From contig NC_083425.1 in NCBI RefSeq assembly GCF_020745735.1, positions 25,593,575 to 25,657,574 on the forward strand: 64,000 nt of DNA, read 5' to 3'. Origin of the DNA: Hemiscyllium ocellatum. Lineage: Eukaryota. How positions within the stretch are numbered: position 1 is the first letter of the stretch; each line of letters begins with the position of its first letter. The position numbers and the translations under genes are program-made. Below the pieces are notes generated by a model. The model made no database searches. It was not told where the DNA came from and saw only the letters and a program-made list of their open reading frames with translations. This document shows positions 1 to 11,883 of this stretch, piece after piece.

Positions 1-26
1 AGAAGCCTTCCCTATCAGACTCTCAG
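1..26 (+). CDS. SDK2: Sidekick-2, 3' end of penultimate coding exon (partial)
   Basis: Codons from position 3 read K-P-S-L-S-D-S-Q, followed by a canonical donor CAG|GTAAGC at 27. Joined in phase 0 to 46085 this gives ..[17 protein letters not shown].., matching my recollection of vertebrate SDK2 (..EKPSEISDSQGSDSEYEVD..). Confidence 0.85.
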
Positions 27-698
27 GTAAGCACCAATTTTTCGGGAACACCATGTTCCCCAAGATTGACAGAGAAATTATAGAAATGTAAAATCATGAT
101 CCTTACTGCACTCACTGTTGGACGTCCCGATTTCATCAGTTGTATTCATATCAGTAAAGTAGTTTCCAAGAGCAAAACAATTATCCTATGAATCAAAACC
201 TGTGTATCATGAAGGGCAGAGCATCCAAATGGCAGACAAGTGCATCTTGAGTCTACAAACTTGTAGATTAGAAAGGATACTTATAATATTCCCTCACTCC
301 TGAGAAATAATAAATATGATAGTGAAATAATTAATAAATTTCAAGAAGCAATAGTACACAGTACACAATACTCCAATTAGAAAGTGTTTGAATCTTTGTG
401 GCATAATACATTAGAGATAAATTTGGTCTTGATTGAGGCAGTATGAAACATGTAACTAAGAATCATACAGTCTTCAATCACATCTCTTTAGAATTAGGTT
501 TTAGAGTAGCTTCAACTTGTCAAACAATTTTCTCTCAATGGGCAGCCTTTTCAGATATAATTAAATTTTAACCCAAGTAAATATCATCTGAACTGTCATT
601 TCTTGACTACTCAATGGTTTGCTTGTCTTTCATATCTCATTGTAAGTGAAGCTATGGCTTTCTGAATGATGAGACCTGAAGATAACTGATTCCTATTG

Positions 699-798
699 AT
701 TTGGAGATGCCGGTGTTGAAGGAGCGTCACTCCAAAAGCTAGTGTGCTTCCAATTAAACCAGTTGGACTATAACCTGGTGTTGTGTGATTTTTAACTT
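699..798 (+). mobile_element. 100-bp Penelope-like pLTR mini-insertion (family A)
   Basis: 12-bp TSD tgattcctattg at 687-698 and 799-810. The body matches 1305-1386. A 20-bp inverted piece sits at 699-718. Confidence 0.75.
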
Positions 799-1057
799 TG
801 ATTCCTATTGTTTAGTGAAGTAGCAATAACTTAATTAGCCTGAATTCATTGGCAATTGCCTAACTGTAACATTTTTACACTATCATAAATCATCTTCGAG
901 TGAAATTATCCAGTAAGTAGCTAAGCCTCTTCACTCTGTTTGTTAATTTCAGCTGAATAATGCAAGAAATATTTGTGATGGACCTCGCAGTGCCCTGTTT
1001 CTCAGTATTGTCCAATACTCTTCTGGGAAATAAAAAAGCCTACTAATGCTTATATAG

Positions 1058-1410
1058 TTAAAAATCACACGACACCAGGTTATAGTCCAACAGGTTTATT
1101 TGGAAGCACTACCTTAAATTATTTTGAGAATGTGACTTAACAGAAGTTCTGGAATTTGCATATTAATGAGCCGAAATCTGCAACCCATTCTAAAAGATGA
1201 AAGACTTAACAGCAATGTTTGTTCAATATATCATTTTGTTGCGTGACACTGTAATCTTTTGGTATAAATTCTGTGTCTTATGATCCTGCTCCACAGCTAC
1301 CTGATGAACGAGCAGCACTCCAAAAGCTAGTGCCTCCAAATAAACCTATTGGAGTATAACCTGATGTTGTGTGATTTTTAACTTTGTCCACCCCAGTCAA
1401 CACAAGCTCC
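1058..1410 (+). mobile_element. Penelope-like 3' fragment (family A) with an inverted pLTR arm
   Basis: 1058-1111 is the reverse complement of ~1328-1382; contains a hammerhead-like motif at 1298-1332. Confidence 0.75.
1298..1332 (+). ncRNA. Degenerate minimal hammerhead ribozyme motif (family A)
   Basis: tac-CTGATGA-a-cgagc agc actcc-aAAA-GC-TA-gtg. Stem I is UAC/GUG and stem III is the palindrome AGCU. G12 is A at 1322 (CpG decay). Confidence 0.65.
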
Positions 1411-2113
1411 CTAACATATATCAAGCCTCAAAAATGAATAATAGAATAATAGATACTTGGGTATGGTACCATAGGGAGTCTGTGACTTCAAAACCTGGAA
1501 TAGGAGTTGACAATTTCCAACAGGAGGCAAGGGTGATAAATTATGGTAAAAAGTAAAATAACAGATCTTTTTATCATTACTTTTAATAAATAAAGTAATA
1601 TGTCCAGAGCTGGTGACTGAAGGCGGTGGCCAATTGTCAGTCCATTGTGTTCATCCAGAGAAGTTAGGAGGTGGAAAGAACAGGAGAGCCGGGGGCCACT
1701 GCTGCAAGAAGAAGATTTGGTAACCTACTCATGAGATTTGGTGGCTGCAGATTGGGGAAGACCGACAATTGTGAAGCAGGCAGCTGTATTTATAATGGCG
1801 GGTTATGATAAAAGCATGATGGGAACAGAGTTGCACTCCGGTTGGGGTGGATAGTGTATGATGTCACAGGTAGTGCACTGGAAATCAAGCACTGATGTTC
1901 CTTGAATCATCGCAGAAGTTAAAGATTCTAAAATAAATATGCAATAATACCCCATTTTACCTAATTTTCAAACCAAGGTTAATAGAAAGCATAGACTAGG
2001 TTTCTGTACTTAACAAAAAGTACTACTTACGCCAGTAATTAGACTCTAGCTACAGGTAAATGGTGGTAAAGCATCAATGTTTAACCCTATAATTAAATCC
2101 CTAATGACTTTCT

Positions 2114-2137
2114 CACACACACACACACACATACACA
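2114..2137. repeat. (CA)n microsatellite
   Basis: cacacacacacacacacatacaca. Confidence 0.9.
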
Positions 2138-2214
2138 AAATATGTTATGAGTGAGGATAACTGGGAGGCAGTTTATTTGCTGCGATGATCATTGTCCTGG
2201 TGAGAAAGTTGCTG

Positions 2215-2407
2215 CTCAGACCCTTCGGTCCAACCTGTCCATGCCAACCAGATATCCCAACCCAATCTAGTCACACCTGCCAGCACCTGGCCCATATCCC
2301 TTCAAATCCTTCCTATTCATATACCCATCCAAATGCCTCTTAAATGTTGCAATTGTACCAGCCTCCACCACATCCTCTGGCAGCTCATTCCATACACGTA
2401 CCACCCT
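2215..2407 (-). mobile_element. CR1 LINE 3' end fragment
   Basis: Near-identical to the CR1 3' ends at 20930-21120 and 37380-37567. Confidence 0.85.
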
Positions 2408-3507
2408 TCAACTACAGGGAACACAGAGACAGCTCCTGTGTTTGTGGAGATCAAAACACCTCTCCATCTTGTTCCCAGCCTCAAGCTATTCAGTTATGCA
2501 AGAACCATTACACCACTGACGGTGGCAAAAGGCTTTTACTATTGATAATTGGGTACTAATTCATAAATCAATCAACCTCTTGTTTGCACCCAGATGTATC
2601 TGGAAAACACCCCCCCTCCCCCCCACAACCCTCCCCCACCCTCCCGCCGGCTCCAATTCAACCCCAAACAAATGTTCACACATGCTGCTTGCAATGAGTG
2701 TCAGGTGACTTGCTATTCAAAACATGTAGCAATCCTTTGAAACTGTCTTTTAAAACAGCACCTTCTCATACTCACAGTTGTAGCAAGCACAAAAATGAAA
2801 TAACGTGGTCTTTACAATGATACACCTCATTGTCACCTTATATGCTAAGGGCTGGGGTAGGGAGTGGAAGATGGGCTGCTGCAGACTGATAGACGTGTTG
2901 GATGAGGACCTGGGATGGTGTGAAGCCTATGGGATTCATGGGAAGGGCTATTAGGAAAGGGATTCTGATTTCTAGAGTCTCACTAATACATATATGCAGA
3001 GGCTGGAAACCACTGCCCAAAGAGTAATCACTGACCGCTTCCGTCATGCTGGAAATCGAAGTACATAATGGGTAAGAAAATGGTTGTGAACACACCTTGT
3101 GCAGGCAGAGGAAGTATCTCAATCTAGAAAGCAGGGAGCTGTAGAAACCAGCGATATGAGGCCCTTTGGAGGGCAACAAAATTACACACAGACACTGTTC
3201 AGGACATAGAACTGTGGGCTCCCTACTCCTACTAGATCCTAATGCATTAGCTTCCTGTGTCCTGTACACCCTGCCCCACATATTACTAACCACTTCATTC
3301 AGCACCAGCAATTTTACACAAAGGCCAGGGAATAATTAGGAATGTTTGATCAAGAGAAACAATGGTGCCAGTTGAATCCATTGCCCTTTTCATCTTGCTT
3401 CCATTTGCTCCAGCAGACTGTCAACATAGGAATCAATCCATGGTACATCTGTGTGGACTTGAGGCATTATGAATAGGAGTTTGCTCACTGAGCTGGAAGG
3501 TTCATTT

Positions 3508-3547
3508 TCCGATGTTTCATCACTATACTAGGTAACATCATCAATGA
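3508..3547 (-). ncRNA. Degenerate hammerhead motif (family B, inverted arm)
   Basis: Minus strand reads tca-tTGATGA-t-gttacc tagtat agtgat-GAAA-caTC-gga. Confidence 0.55.
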
Positions 3548-4143
3548 GTCTCTGGTGAAGCACTGGTGGTGTGGCCCGCTTTTTATTTATGTGTTTAGGT
3601 TTCCTTGGGTTGGTGATGCTGTTTCCTGTGGTGATGTCATTTCCTGTTCTTTTTCTCAGGGGATGGTAAATGGGATCCAAGTCAATGTGTTTGTTGATCG
3701 AATTCTGGTTGGAGTGCAATGCTTTTAGGAATTCTCGCGCGTGTCTCTGCTTGGCCTGTCCTGAGATGGATGTGTTTTCCCAGTCGTAGTGGTGTCTGTA
3801 TATAAAGATACTAGTGAGAGTGGGTCATGCCTTTCTCAGCAACAAACCCAAACAAGCAGACAAAACGCATCCAGAAACCCTAGCCACTCTGCCCTACATC
3901 AAAGACATCTCGGAAATGACTGCCAGACTACTCAGACCCCTTGGCATCATGGTAGCCTACAAACCCATGAACACACTAAAACAGCTGCTAATGAACTTGA
4001 AAGACCCCATACAGACAACAAGCAAAACTAACGTCATTTACTAAATACCTTGCAAGAACTGTAACAATTACTACATTGGACAAACAGGCAGAAAACTAAT
4101 CACCAGGATACATGAACATCAACTAGCCACAAAAAGACATGAC

Positions 4144-4336
4144 TAAAAAGTGAGGTCTGCAGATGCTGGAGATCAGAGCTGAAAATGTGTTGCTGGTTAA
4201 AGCGCAGCAGGTCAGGCAGCATCCAAGGAACAGGAAATTCGACATTTCGGGCAAAAGCTTTTGCCCGAAACGTCGAATTTCCTGTTCCTTGGATGCTGCC
4301 TGACCTGCTGCGCTTTAACCAGCAACACATTTTCAG
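4144..4336. mobile_element. Fold-back mini-element from family-C Penelope pLTR (160-bp palindrome)
   Basis: 16-bp TSD cacaaaaagacatgac at 4128-4143 and 4337-4352. Palindrome 4178-4337 has one mismatch. The sequence matches 61850-61925. Confidence 0.92.
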
Positions 4337-4610
4337 CACAAAAAGACATGACCCAGTCTCACTAGTATCTTTGCATACAGACGAGGAAGGATGCCACTTC
4401 GACTGGGACAACACATCCATCCTCGGTCAAGCCAAACGGAGACATGTGTGAGAATTCCTAGAAGCATGGCACTCCAACTGGAACCATTTACCACCCCCTG
4501 AAAAAAAGAACAAGAAATGAACATCTCCACAGAAAATACCATCACCAACCCAAGGAAACCTAAACACATAAATAAAAAGTGGGCCATACTGCCAGTGCTT
4601 CACCGGAGGC

Positions 4611-4650
4611 TCACTGATGATGTTACTTAGTATGGTGACAAAACGTCTGA
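4611..4650 (+). ncRNA. Degenerate minimal hammerhead motif (family B)
   Basis: tca-CTGATGA-t-gttact tagtat ggtgac-aAAA-CG-TC-tga. Stem I is UCA/UGA and stem III is the palindrome ACGU. G12 is A at 4640. Confidence 0.7.
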
Positions 4651-4999
4651 AAACAAACCTTCCAGCTCAATGAGGAAACTTACATCCAGAACCACAACCT
4701 GAGCTACAAATCTTCTCAAACATCATTCGGCATTATGCTGGCACAGTTACAGTACAGGCTGACCAAGGACTCAAACAAAGAGATGTATTGCGAAACCAAT
4801 AACACTCAGACAATTGTGATACTTTAATAGACTGTGCACTGCTACCGATGCCACCAAAGTCCTCTCCAAAGGATTTTTCTTTTTCTGTCCTTTGAGCTAT
4901 GTTTCAGTGTTGTCCCAGTTCCACAGTTGGGGTGCAGGTGGTCTGCTCAGCAATGGAGTCTGTTGGCCTTGGAGGTTTGTTTAAGCATTTGTGTCTGGA

Positions 5000-6440
5000 T
5001 AGCTCAAGCATGCTGAGGGTCTTCTTGCTGGAGCCTTGAAGCTCTCCTTGCTTTAACTTTCAAGGGTGCCTATGGCTTTGCTGAACTCCTGCAACCTCTG
5101 TGCCAGAGTGCCATTGCCTCCCACATACTTGTCTGATATTCCTGTTTCTCCTTGTACATTTGGATGAAGTCTCTGATTGCCAACACCACAGGGTCCTCCG
5201 TATGCCAGCAACCATTCGCGGCCAGATGAGAAGCTGTCACAATGAGGTGCTCAGCTGCTTGTACTCCTGAATTTTATAAATATGACATTCCCATCAGGGT
5301 GTCAGTATCTGAGCTTGTGGGGGTGCTGAAGGTTGTGTTGCCAATGCTTCTTTTGAGATCTCAGAATGCTCTTCCTTATAGGTCAAGGATGTACTTTCTG
5401 GCAGAGCTGGCTTATTCTTGGCAGGGGCAATGGACATCCTGCTGTTATCTGCAAGGCACAAGGGAGAGAAAGGGTCATGGCAAATGGTTGGAACTGCTAT
5501 GCAATGATTGGTGCTGCTAGCAGGAATAATATGAGGATTGCGTGGAACAAAGAGTTGTACTCACTCAGTTGATGTCTCAGCGTCCCCACAGGAATGGCCT
5601 CAGTTGTCTTCTGCAGGCAACAGGATTCTCTCCTCAGTGGGATAGAAACTCAATGTCAAGCACGTCTCCACCCATTTTGGGTCTTTCCATCCTGTTATGG
5701 GCTGTTTTCTCCTGGACTGAGAGAAAGGGAGGGATTGAGTGAGTTAAAAGTAGTGGCTCAGCTGTTACTACTGTTGTAAGTAGTTGAAAGGTAGTGAGTA
5801 GGTAGTGCAGAGGCCATGCAGGGTTAGCAATGTTGGAGGGAACAAGAGCAAATGAGGGGAGACATTGCAGGCTATAGTGAGAGTGGGTAAAGCATGAGTC
5901 TTGGTAGAAGGTGGGTGCAGCTGAAGAGAGAGAGTGAGTGTGAGGTCACAGCAAGAATGTAGAACTTACACTAGTACATAGGAGAAGTTTGTTGACATTC
6001 TTGCAGCATTTTTCCGGACCATGGGTATCGCAGTGGTGACTTAGTGCTAGCCAGCCAGACTCTGGTGTCATGGCCTCCTCTGCTGGTCCTCAAGCAAAGG
6101 GTGGTCCTTCTCTGCATCACCCCATCCACTAGAACCTCCACCTCCCTATCGGAGGATCATTTTCCTTTTTTCCAACATACTTCAAATGACTGTTCATCAT
6201 CAATCAGGGCAGCTTTTCAATGCCAGTGCTTGTCTGGGTGCACAGTGGCACAGGCACCAGAGATATCTGATGAGTGGCGAGTTGATCTGGAAACAGTGAG
6301 TGGTAAGATGGGACTAGAAATGAGCAAGAGAGTCATCACAGGGATGGGATATATAGTTAACAAGATGTGTTTGGGGAGATACAGCAAAAGTTCCCATTAA
6401 GCCTCACGGTAGGAGCCCAACAAGAACCTTGACAAAATCA
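5000..6440 (-). mobile_element. PIF/Harbinger-type DNA transposon relic with Myb/SANT-like ORF remnant
   Basis: Minus strand ~6155-5965 reads SDREVEVLVDGVMQRRTTL..DQQRRP..CKNVNKLL followed by gtaagt. Homologous to 41670-41980, including the upstream gtgcacccaga.aagcact. Outer limits are approximate. Confidence 0.55.
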
Positions 6441-7159
6441 ACATATATCCAAAATAAATAAGGTTGAGACCAGAGTTTTGTATCATTTCAGGATTTCTGA
6501 TGCAAAAAAATGCATTTTTCCAGTACAGTTACAATGTATATCCTCCTTGGAAGGTTTATTTATAGTCAAGTATTTGAACCATTGAAGTCTATGATGCAAT
6601 TTCTTATACTGAGACTTAACATTTGCTTTATATTTTGGATTAAGACAGTTGTTACTGTATCTTTTATTATGAAACGTATGTTGTTCTCTCCACTTGTCTG
6701 TCAGCCTATCCTTGTGTTGCATGGAGCATCCTATCAGAACATCATAAATAGCTTAAAATTGTTATTCAGTTGTCAAGTCGATGCACTTATGAAAAAAAGT
6801 GAAGTCAGGTCATAAATGTATTTCTGCGAAAATGCCTGAAATAACCTTACTCCCATTGATATTGAGTTCCTACCTCATTCATTGCATAAGTGAAATAGAA
6901 AATAATTTAAAGGGTGAGGAAGAACAACTAATCCTGTACTTCAAACAAGATGGATGAAAACAAATTTAATTTAGTTAAAATGGATAAATGAATTTTAAGT
7001 AACCCCCAACACTAAAATTCAGGCCTCTAGGTTGAAACTGACATTTAGTTGCTGTTAGACTTTATTGTAATCTTGTGCTGGACATTATAGTAAGTAGCAT
7101 GGGATTTCAAGTGTCATTTTGGTGGTAACTAAGAAAAACTGTTCAGAAGACAAGCAATT

Positions 7160-7590
7160 TAGAGCACGATCACTTGTTTGATTATTGAGATGAAGGGGTT
7201 ACCTTATGCGTAAAGGTTGGACAGACTGGGGGATTGGAGTTTAGAAGAATAAGAAGTGAACTTATTGACACATGTAAGATCTTGAGGACACTTGCCAGGG
7301 AGGTCCTGAAAGGTTGCTTCCACTTGTGGGAGAGAAATGAACGAGGGACACAGTTTCTCTCAGAGGGTCAAGAGCCTGAGAACTCTCTTCCACAGAGAGC
7401 AGTGGAGGCAAGGTAATTGAACTTTATTTAAGATAGATGTAGATAGATTCTTGACTAAGAAAGGAGTCGAATGGGTATTAGGGCTGGCCAGGAAATGGAA
7501 TTGACTCCAATGTCAGACCAGCTGTGACTATTGAACGGCAGAGCAAGTCTGAGGGGTAAATCGCCTATCCCTGTCCCTAATTGATATATT
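7160..7590 (+). mobile_element. Old CR1 LINE 3' fragment
   Basis: LEFRRIRSELIDTCKIL...NSLPQRAVEA, the CR1 ORF2 C-terminal motif. Confidence 0.8.
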
Positions 7591-9039
7591 CATTGTGCTT
7601 TTGGTCTTTAAATTGAATAGTAGATTGTAGCTAAGAAATACTGCAATTTTAACCTTCAGTTCAATAAACTCATCCAAACTGCTGATTATTGAACTCCGAC
7701 TTGTTCAAGGTTAAAGCTTATCACAACGCCCTTATTAATCCTAAAGTAAATTACAAAACTGTAATCTAATTATGGAAAGTTGCATATCATGTCAAGCAGT
7801 AAGTTTGTCTGATCTATGACCATTACCTGAGTACTAGAATAGCACAACAGCTTCCAATATGTACTTGTTATTCTTAATCAAAGGCATGGTTTGTTTTTTT
7901 GTTTTCTACCTTTTCTTTCATTTCTAGAGACACATCATTATTTCAAACAAATGTTGGTAGACATTACCTCCACGACTGAAGATGGATAGAAAAATGGCTT
8001 TCTGTTCTCTTTATTGCCATATTTTAAAAAGCTTATCTAAGAGAGAACAATGGACAGATTGCAGTAGCATTTGATACATTGATAAGATACAGCAGCAGAC
8101 AGAAATGATTAGTTTTTGGGAAAGGTCTGGATCCTTGAATTTTAAAGAATCCAAAAATATCAGGAGATAGGAAGAATTGTTTTTCTTGTTCAGAATTTTG
8201 TGCACTACTTTATTTAGACTATTGTCAATTGTCTTAGCAGCAGTGTTTTCAGAGCAGCATACTGCAGCTCATTTTAGGTGTTAATGATTTGAACTTTGGC
8301 TTCAGACACACTTTTGAAAGTAAAAGTATCAGAAAGGGTAACACAAAATTATGAAGAAGAATTAATAATGAAAGCTTAATCTGTTCATTCATCGGTGAAT
8401 TTCTATCACAAAGAAACTTAAAAGGACAATCCATTGTGACAATTATTTAAAGTTACATCTGGTAAGATTATTAATCAATTAAGGAATTTTGAACGTGGAT
8501 CTTTTTTGTATTCACATGTACATAGTCCCTATTTAATATGAACTGAGAAAAGAACTGTCAGTAAGACCTATCATATGTTGAACATCTTTTCAAATTAAAT
8601 TTTAAATATCTTCTCATTTAACATTCGACTTTGATTTTAATATTAAAATAGGTGTATTATGCTATTCAAATTCCTAATTTTTATGCCAACCTTTATTGCA
8701 TAAGTAGTTTTATACCGTGTCCCAAAATCCATTTTTAGCATGACTAGAAAAGCTGGACTTCTGCCACATCTACTCAACACTAACAAACATTCACTACTTC
8801 CCACATCCAAGAAAACTTCTTTTTTCAAATAGAAAACGTATTGAGCAATGAATAACAGATGCCTCTGAAGCATTCATTACAGAAATGAAAACATCCATAT
8901 TCCGATAAGAATCTGGACTTTACAGAGAGACAAGCATGTTTGCGTAGGAGACAAGAACAATATTGTTTCTTTCCCCTGAGCAATTCCTGTTTTAAAAATT
9001 GTTACCCTTTATTCTGGTGATTGCAATAGCTGCATCATT

Positions 9040-9355
9040 GGCAGGAGTTCTTTGACAGCACCTTCCAATCCCATTGTCTCGACCATCTGGAAAGACAATG
9101 ATGTCTTATTAGAACACCACCAGGTTCCTTTCCAAGCCACACACCAACCTGACTTGAAACTACAACACCATTCCTTCATGGTTGTTGGATCAAAAACCTG
9201 GAACTCCATTCCTCAGCATTGTGTATGTGTGTACCAGCTATGCCACATGGATCACAGTGGTTTCAAAGTGTGACTCATTAACACCTTAAGAGATATTAGA
9301 ATGGATAAAAAATGTTGACCTTGCCAGCGACATTCACATTTAATGAATTAATATA
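9040..9355 (+). mobile_element. 3' tail of an ancient non-LTR element or derived SINE
   Basis: Same tail as 23410-23640 (-), 33560-33690 (-), 38460-38630 (-) and 56695-56855 (+). Confidence 0.6.
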
Positions 9356-9933
9356 AAAACTTATAATAGCAATACATCAGATTAGGGTTTTCTCTGGCTA
9401 TAAAAATGCCTCATTTTGAACTTCAGACAGTGCTTTCAGCTGAAAACAACACATCTTTGTAGTCTCTGAATGGCATTGCTAATTTGTACTGAGTCATGGT
9501 TGTTTGTGCTGTGAATTCACATCCATCAACTTTAGAATATGTAAATAAGATGCTCCAACAACAGATGGCCTTTAAGTGGTTTAGAGACTAGAGGGGTCTG
9601 GGGTAATTTTGTACAGCCCTGGAACAACTCAGAAGTTCTCTTGCAGGCTGCACACAATCAGCCCCTTTAAGTTAGTGCACATGCACAGCTACAAAACAAA
9701 AAAAAGTGGTTAACTTAAATTAAAGTCACCTATGAACTTTATAGGAAAATGAGAGTGTATGTTCGTCTTGGGGGTTGAAAGGGTGGCGGTTGCACACACA
9801 TTCATAATGAGATGGTATGCAGTCGTATCCAGAGAATCAAACTTCTGTTTCTGTTCAGATGGCCTCATTATGATTGCTTGGCAGGACTCAAAATGATTAA
9901 TCCATTGAGCTCAACCAGCCATGTACACACGTT

Positions 9934-10190
9934 CAAGTAGGTATGCATATGCCTTAACGAGAAAATAGGGGAAGAAGGAAACTAAATAAAGGAAAAGAGG
10001 ATTCTGGGTAATCCAAGATGGAGGATGGGGAAATTGTGACTGTAAGAACTGCTCCTTTTTTGAGGTATTTTTGATGTTTGAGGTGATTTCCTCGAATTCC
10101 AGGAACACCAATTACTGTTTTATGTGCTGCTACAGTGTTTTGGAACAGGGGATAAAAGGTCAAAACAATGGCACTTTAAAAAGGTTGAAA
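9934..10190 (+). repeat. Isolated copy of a CR1 5' region
   Basis: Direct repeat of ~14962-15222, which leads into a CR1 ORF1. Confidence 0.8.
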
Positions 10191-11022
10191 GGGGATCACC
10201 AATAGGGTGTCTTTATCTTCAGGTACATAAAAACTGTTGATAACTGTGATCTAGTTTCATGAAAATGTGAAGCTTGCAGTTAAGCTCAAAATTAAATTGT
10301 ACAATACACAGTATAAATGTCTGCACCCACAGATAGAACATAGAACATAGAACAATACAGCGCAGAACAGTCCCTTCAGCCCTCGATATTGCACCGACCT
10401 GTAAACTATTCTCAGCTCGTCCCCCTACACTATTCCATCATCATCCATGTGCTTATCCAAGGATTGTTTAAATCTCCCTAATGTGACTTAGTTAACTACA
10501 TTGACAGGTAGGGAATTCCATGCCCTTACCACTCTCTGCGTAAAGAACCTGCCTCTGACATCTGTCTTAAGTCTATCACCCCTCAATTTGCAGTTATGCC
10601 CCCTCGTACAAACTGATGTCATCACCCTCGGAAAAAGACTTTCACTGTTTACCCTATATAATCCTCTGATCATCTTGTATGTCTCTATCAAATCCCCTCT
10701 TAGCCTTCTTCTTTCCAATGAGAACAGACCCAAGTTTCTCAGCCTTTCCTCATACGACCTTCCCTCCAGATCAGGCAACATCCTAATAAATCTCCTCTGC
10801 ACCTTTTCCGATGCTTCCACATCCTTCCCAAAATATAGCAGACCAGAACTGTACACAATATTCCAAGTGTGGCCACACTAGTGGTTTGTATAGTTGCAGC
10901 ATGATATTGCGGCTCCAGAGCTCAATCCCTCTATGAATGAAACCTAACACACCATATGCCTTCTTAACAGTACTATCAAACTGCATGGCAATTCTTAGGG
11001 ATCTATGTACATGGACTCCAAA

Positions 11023-11562
11023 ACCATAAGACCATAAGACACAAGACCATAAGACATAGGAGTGGAAGAAAGGCCATTCGGCCCATCGAGTCCATTTCCG
11101 CCATTCACCATGGCTGATGGGCATTTCAACTCCACTTACCCGCATTCTCCCCATAGCCCTTAATTCCTCGAGACAACAAGAATCTATCAATCTCTGCCTT
11201 GAAGACATTTAGCGCCCGGTCTCCACTGCACTCTGCGGCAATGAATTCCACAGGCCCACCACTCTCTGGCTGAAGAAATGTCTCCGCATTTCTGTTCTGA
11301 ATAGACCCCCTCTAATTTTAAGGCTGTGTCCACGGGTCCTAGTCTCCTCGCCTAACGGAAACAATTTCCTAGCGTCCACCCTTTCCAAGCCATGTATTAT
11401 CTTGTACATCTCTACTAAGTCTCCCCTTAATCTTCTAAACTCCAATGAATACAATCCCAAGATCCTCAGCGGTTCCTCATATGCTAGACCTACCATTCCA
11501 GGGATCATCCGTGTGAATCTCCGCTGGACACGTTCTAGTGCCAGTATGTCCTTCCTGAGGTG
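11023..11562 (-). mobile_element. Nested 5'-truncated CR1 of a second subfamily
   Basis: (CTTATGGT)n tail at ~11023-11055; ORF 11209..11586 LERVQRRFTRMIPG..WNSLPQSAVE. Confidence 0.88.
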
Positions 11563-11685
11563 AAGGAAACCCCTCTGCACATCCACACTACCAAGTGCTC
11601 TGCCTTCCTGTTATTCTTCCCAAAGTGCTTCACCTCAATTTAGCTGCTTTGAACTCCATTTGCCACCTCTCAGCCCAATTCTGCA

Positions 11686-11883
11686 TCCCTACCCGCATTC
11701 ACCTATTGTACTCTTTGCTACCTTTCCCCACCCTCCTCCCTGACCTATCACCTCCATTCCCACCCCCATTCACCTATTGTACTCTGTGCTACCTTCTCCC
11801 CAGCCCCACCCCCCATTCATCTCTCCACCCTGGAGGCTTCCTGCCGCTATTCCTGATGAAACGTCGATTTTCCTGCTCCTCGG
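11686..11883 (+). mobile_element. Penelope-like 3' fragment (family C-related) with collapsed hammerhead
   Basis: C-rich region like 61690-61835, followed by attc-CTGATGAAACGTC-gattttcctgctcctcgg (stem II deleted). Confidence 0.75.

Larger units (their letters stand above)
3472..4728 (+). mobile_element. Penelope-like element (family B): GIY-YIG endonuclease end plus ~350-bp inverted arm
   Basis: + strand reads LPYIKDISEMTARLLRPLG...NVIY*IPCKNCNNYYIGQTGRKLITRIHEH (GIY-YIG of PLEs). ~3476-3830 is the reverse complement of ~4345-4680. 9-bp TSD ggcattatg at 3463-3471 and 4729-4737. Confidence 0.9.

Noticed and set aside
2838-3311. 157-aa minus ORF as a Harbinger transposase N-terminus
   Set aside because: Only a vague resemblance and no DDE motifs recognisable.
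4100-4451. Identical peptide (MCCWLKRSRSG...) encoded on both strands
   Set aside because: A direct consequence of the DNA palindrome; not a gene.
11023-11055. Short tandem repeats (ACCATAAG)n, also (ATAGAAC)n and (AATCT)n elsewhere, as CRISPR-like arrays
   Set aside because: No spacers; these are the microsatellite 3' tails of CR1 LINEs and SINEs in a vertebrate genome.
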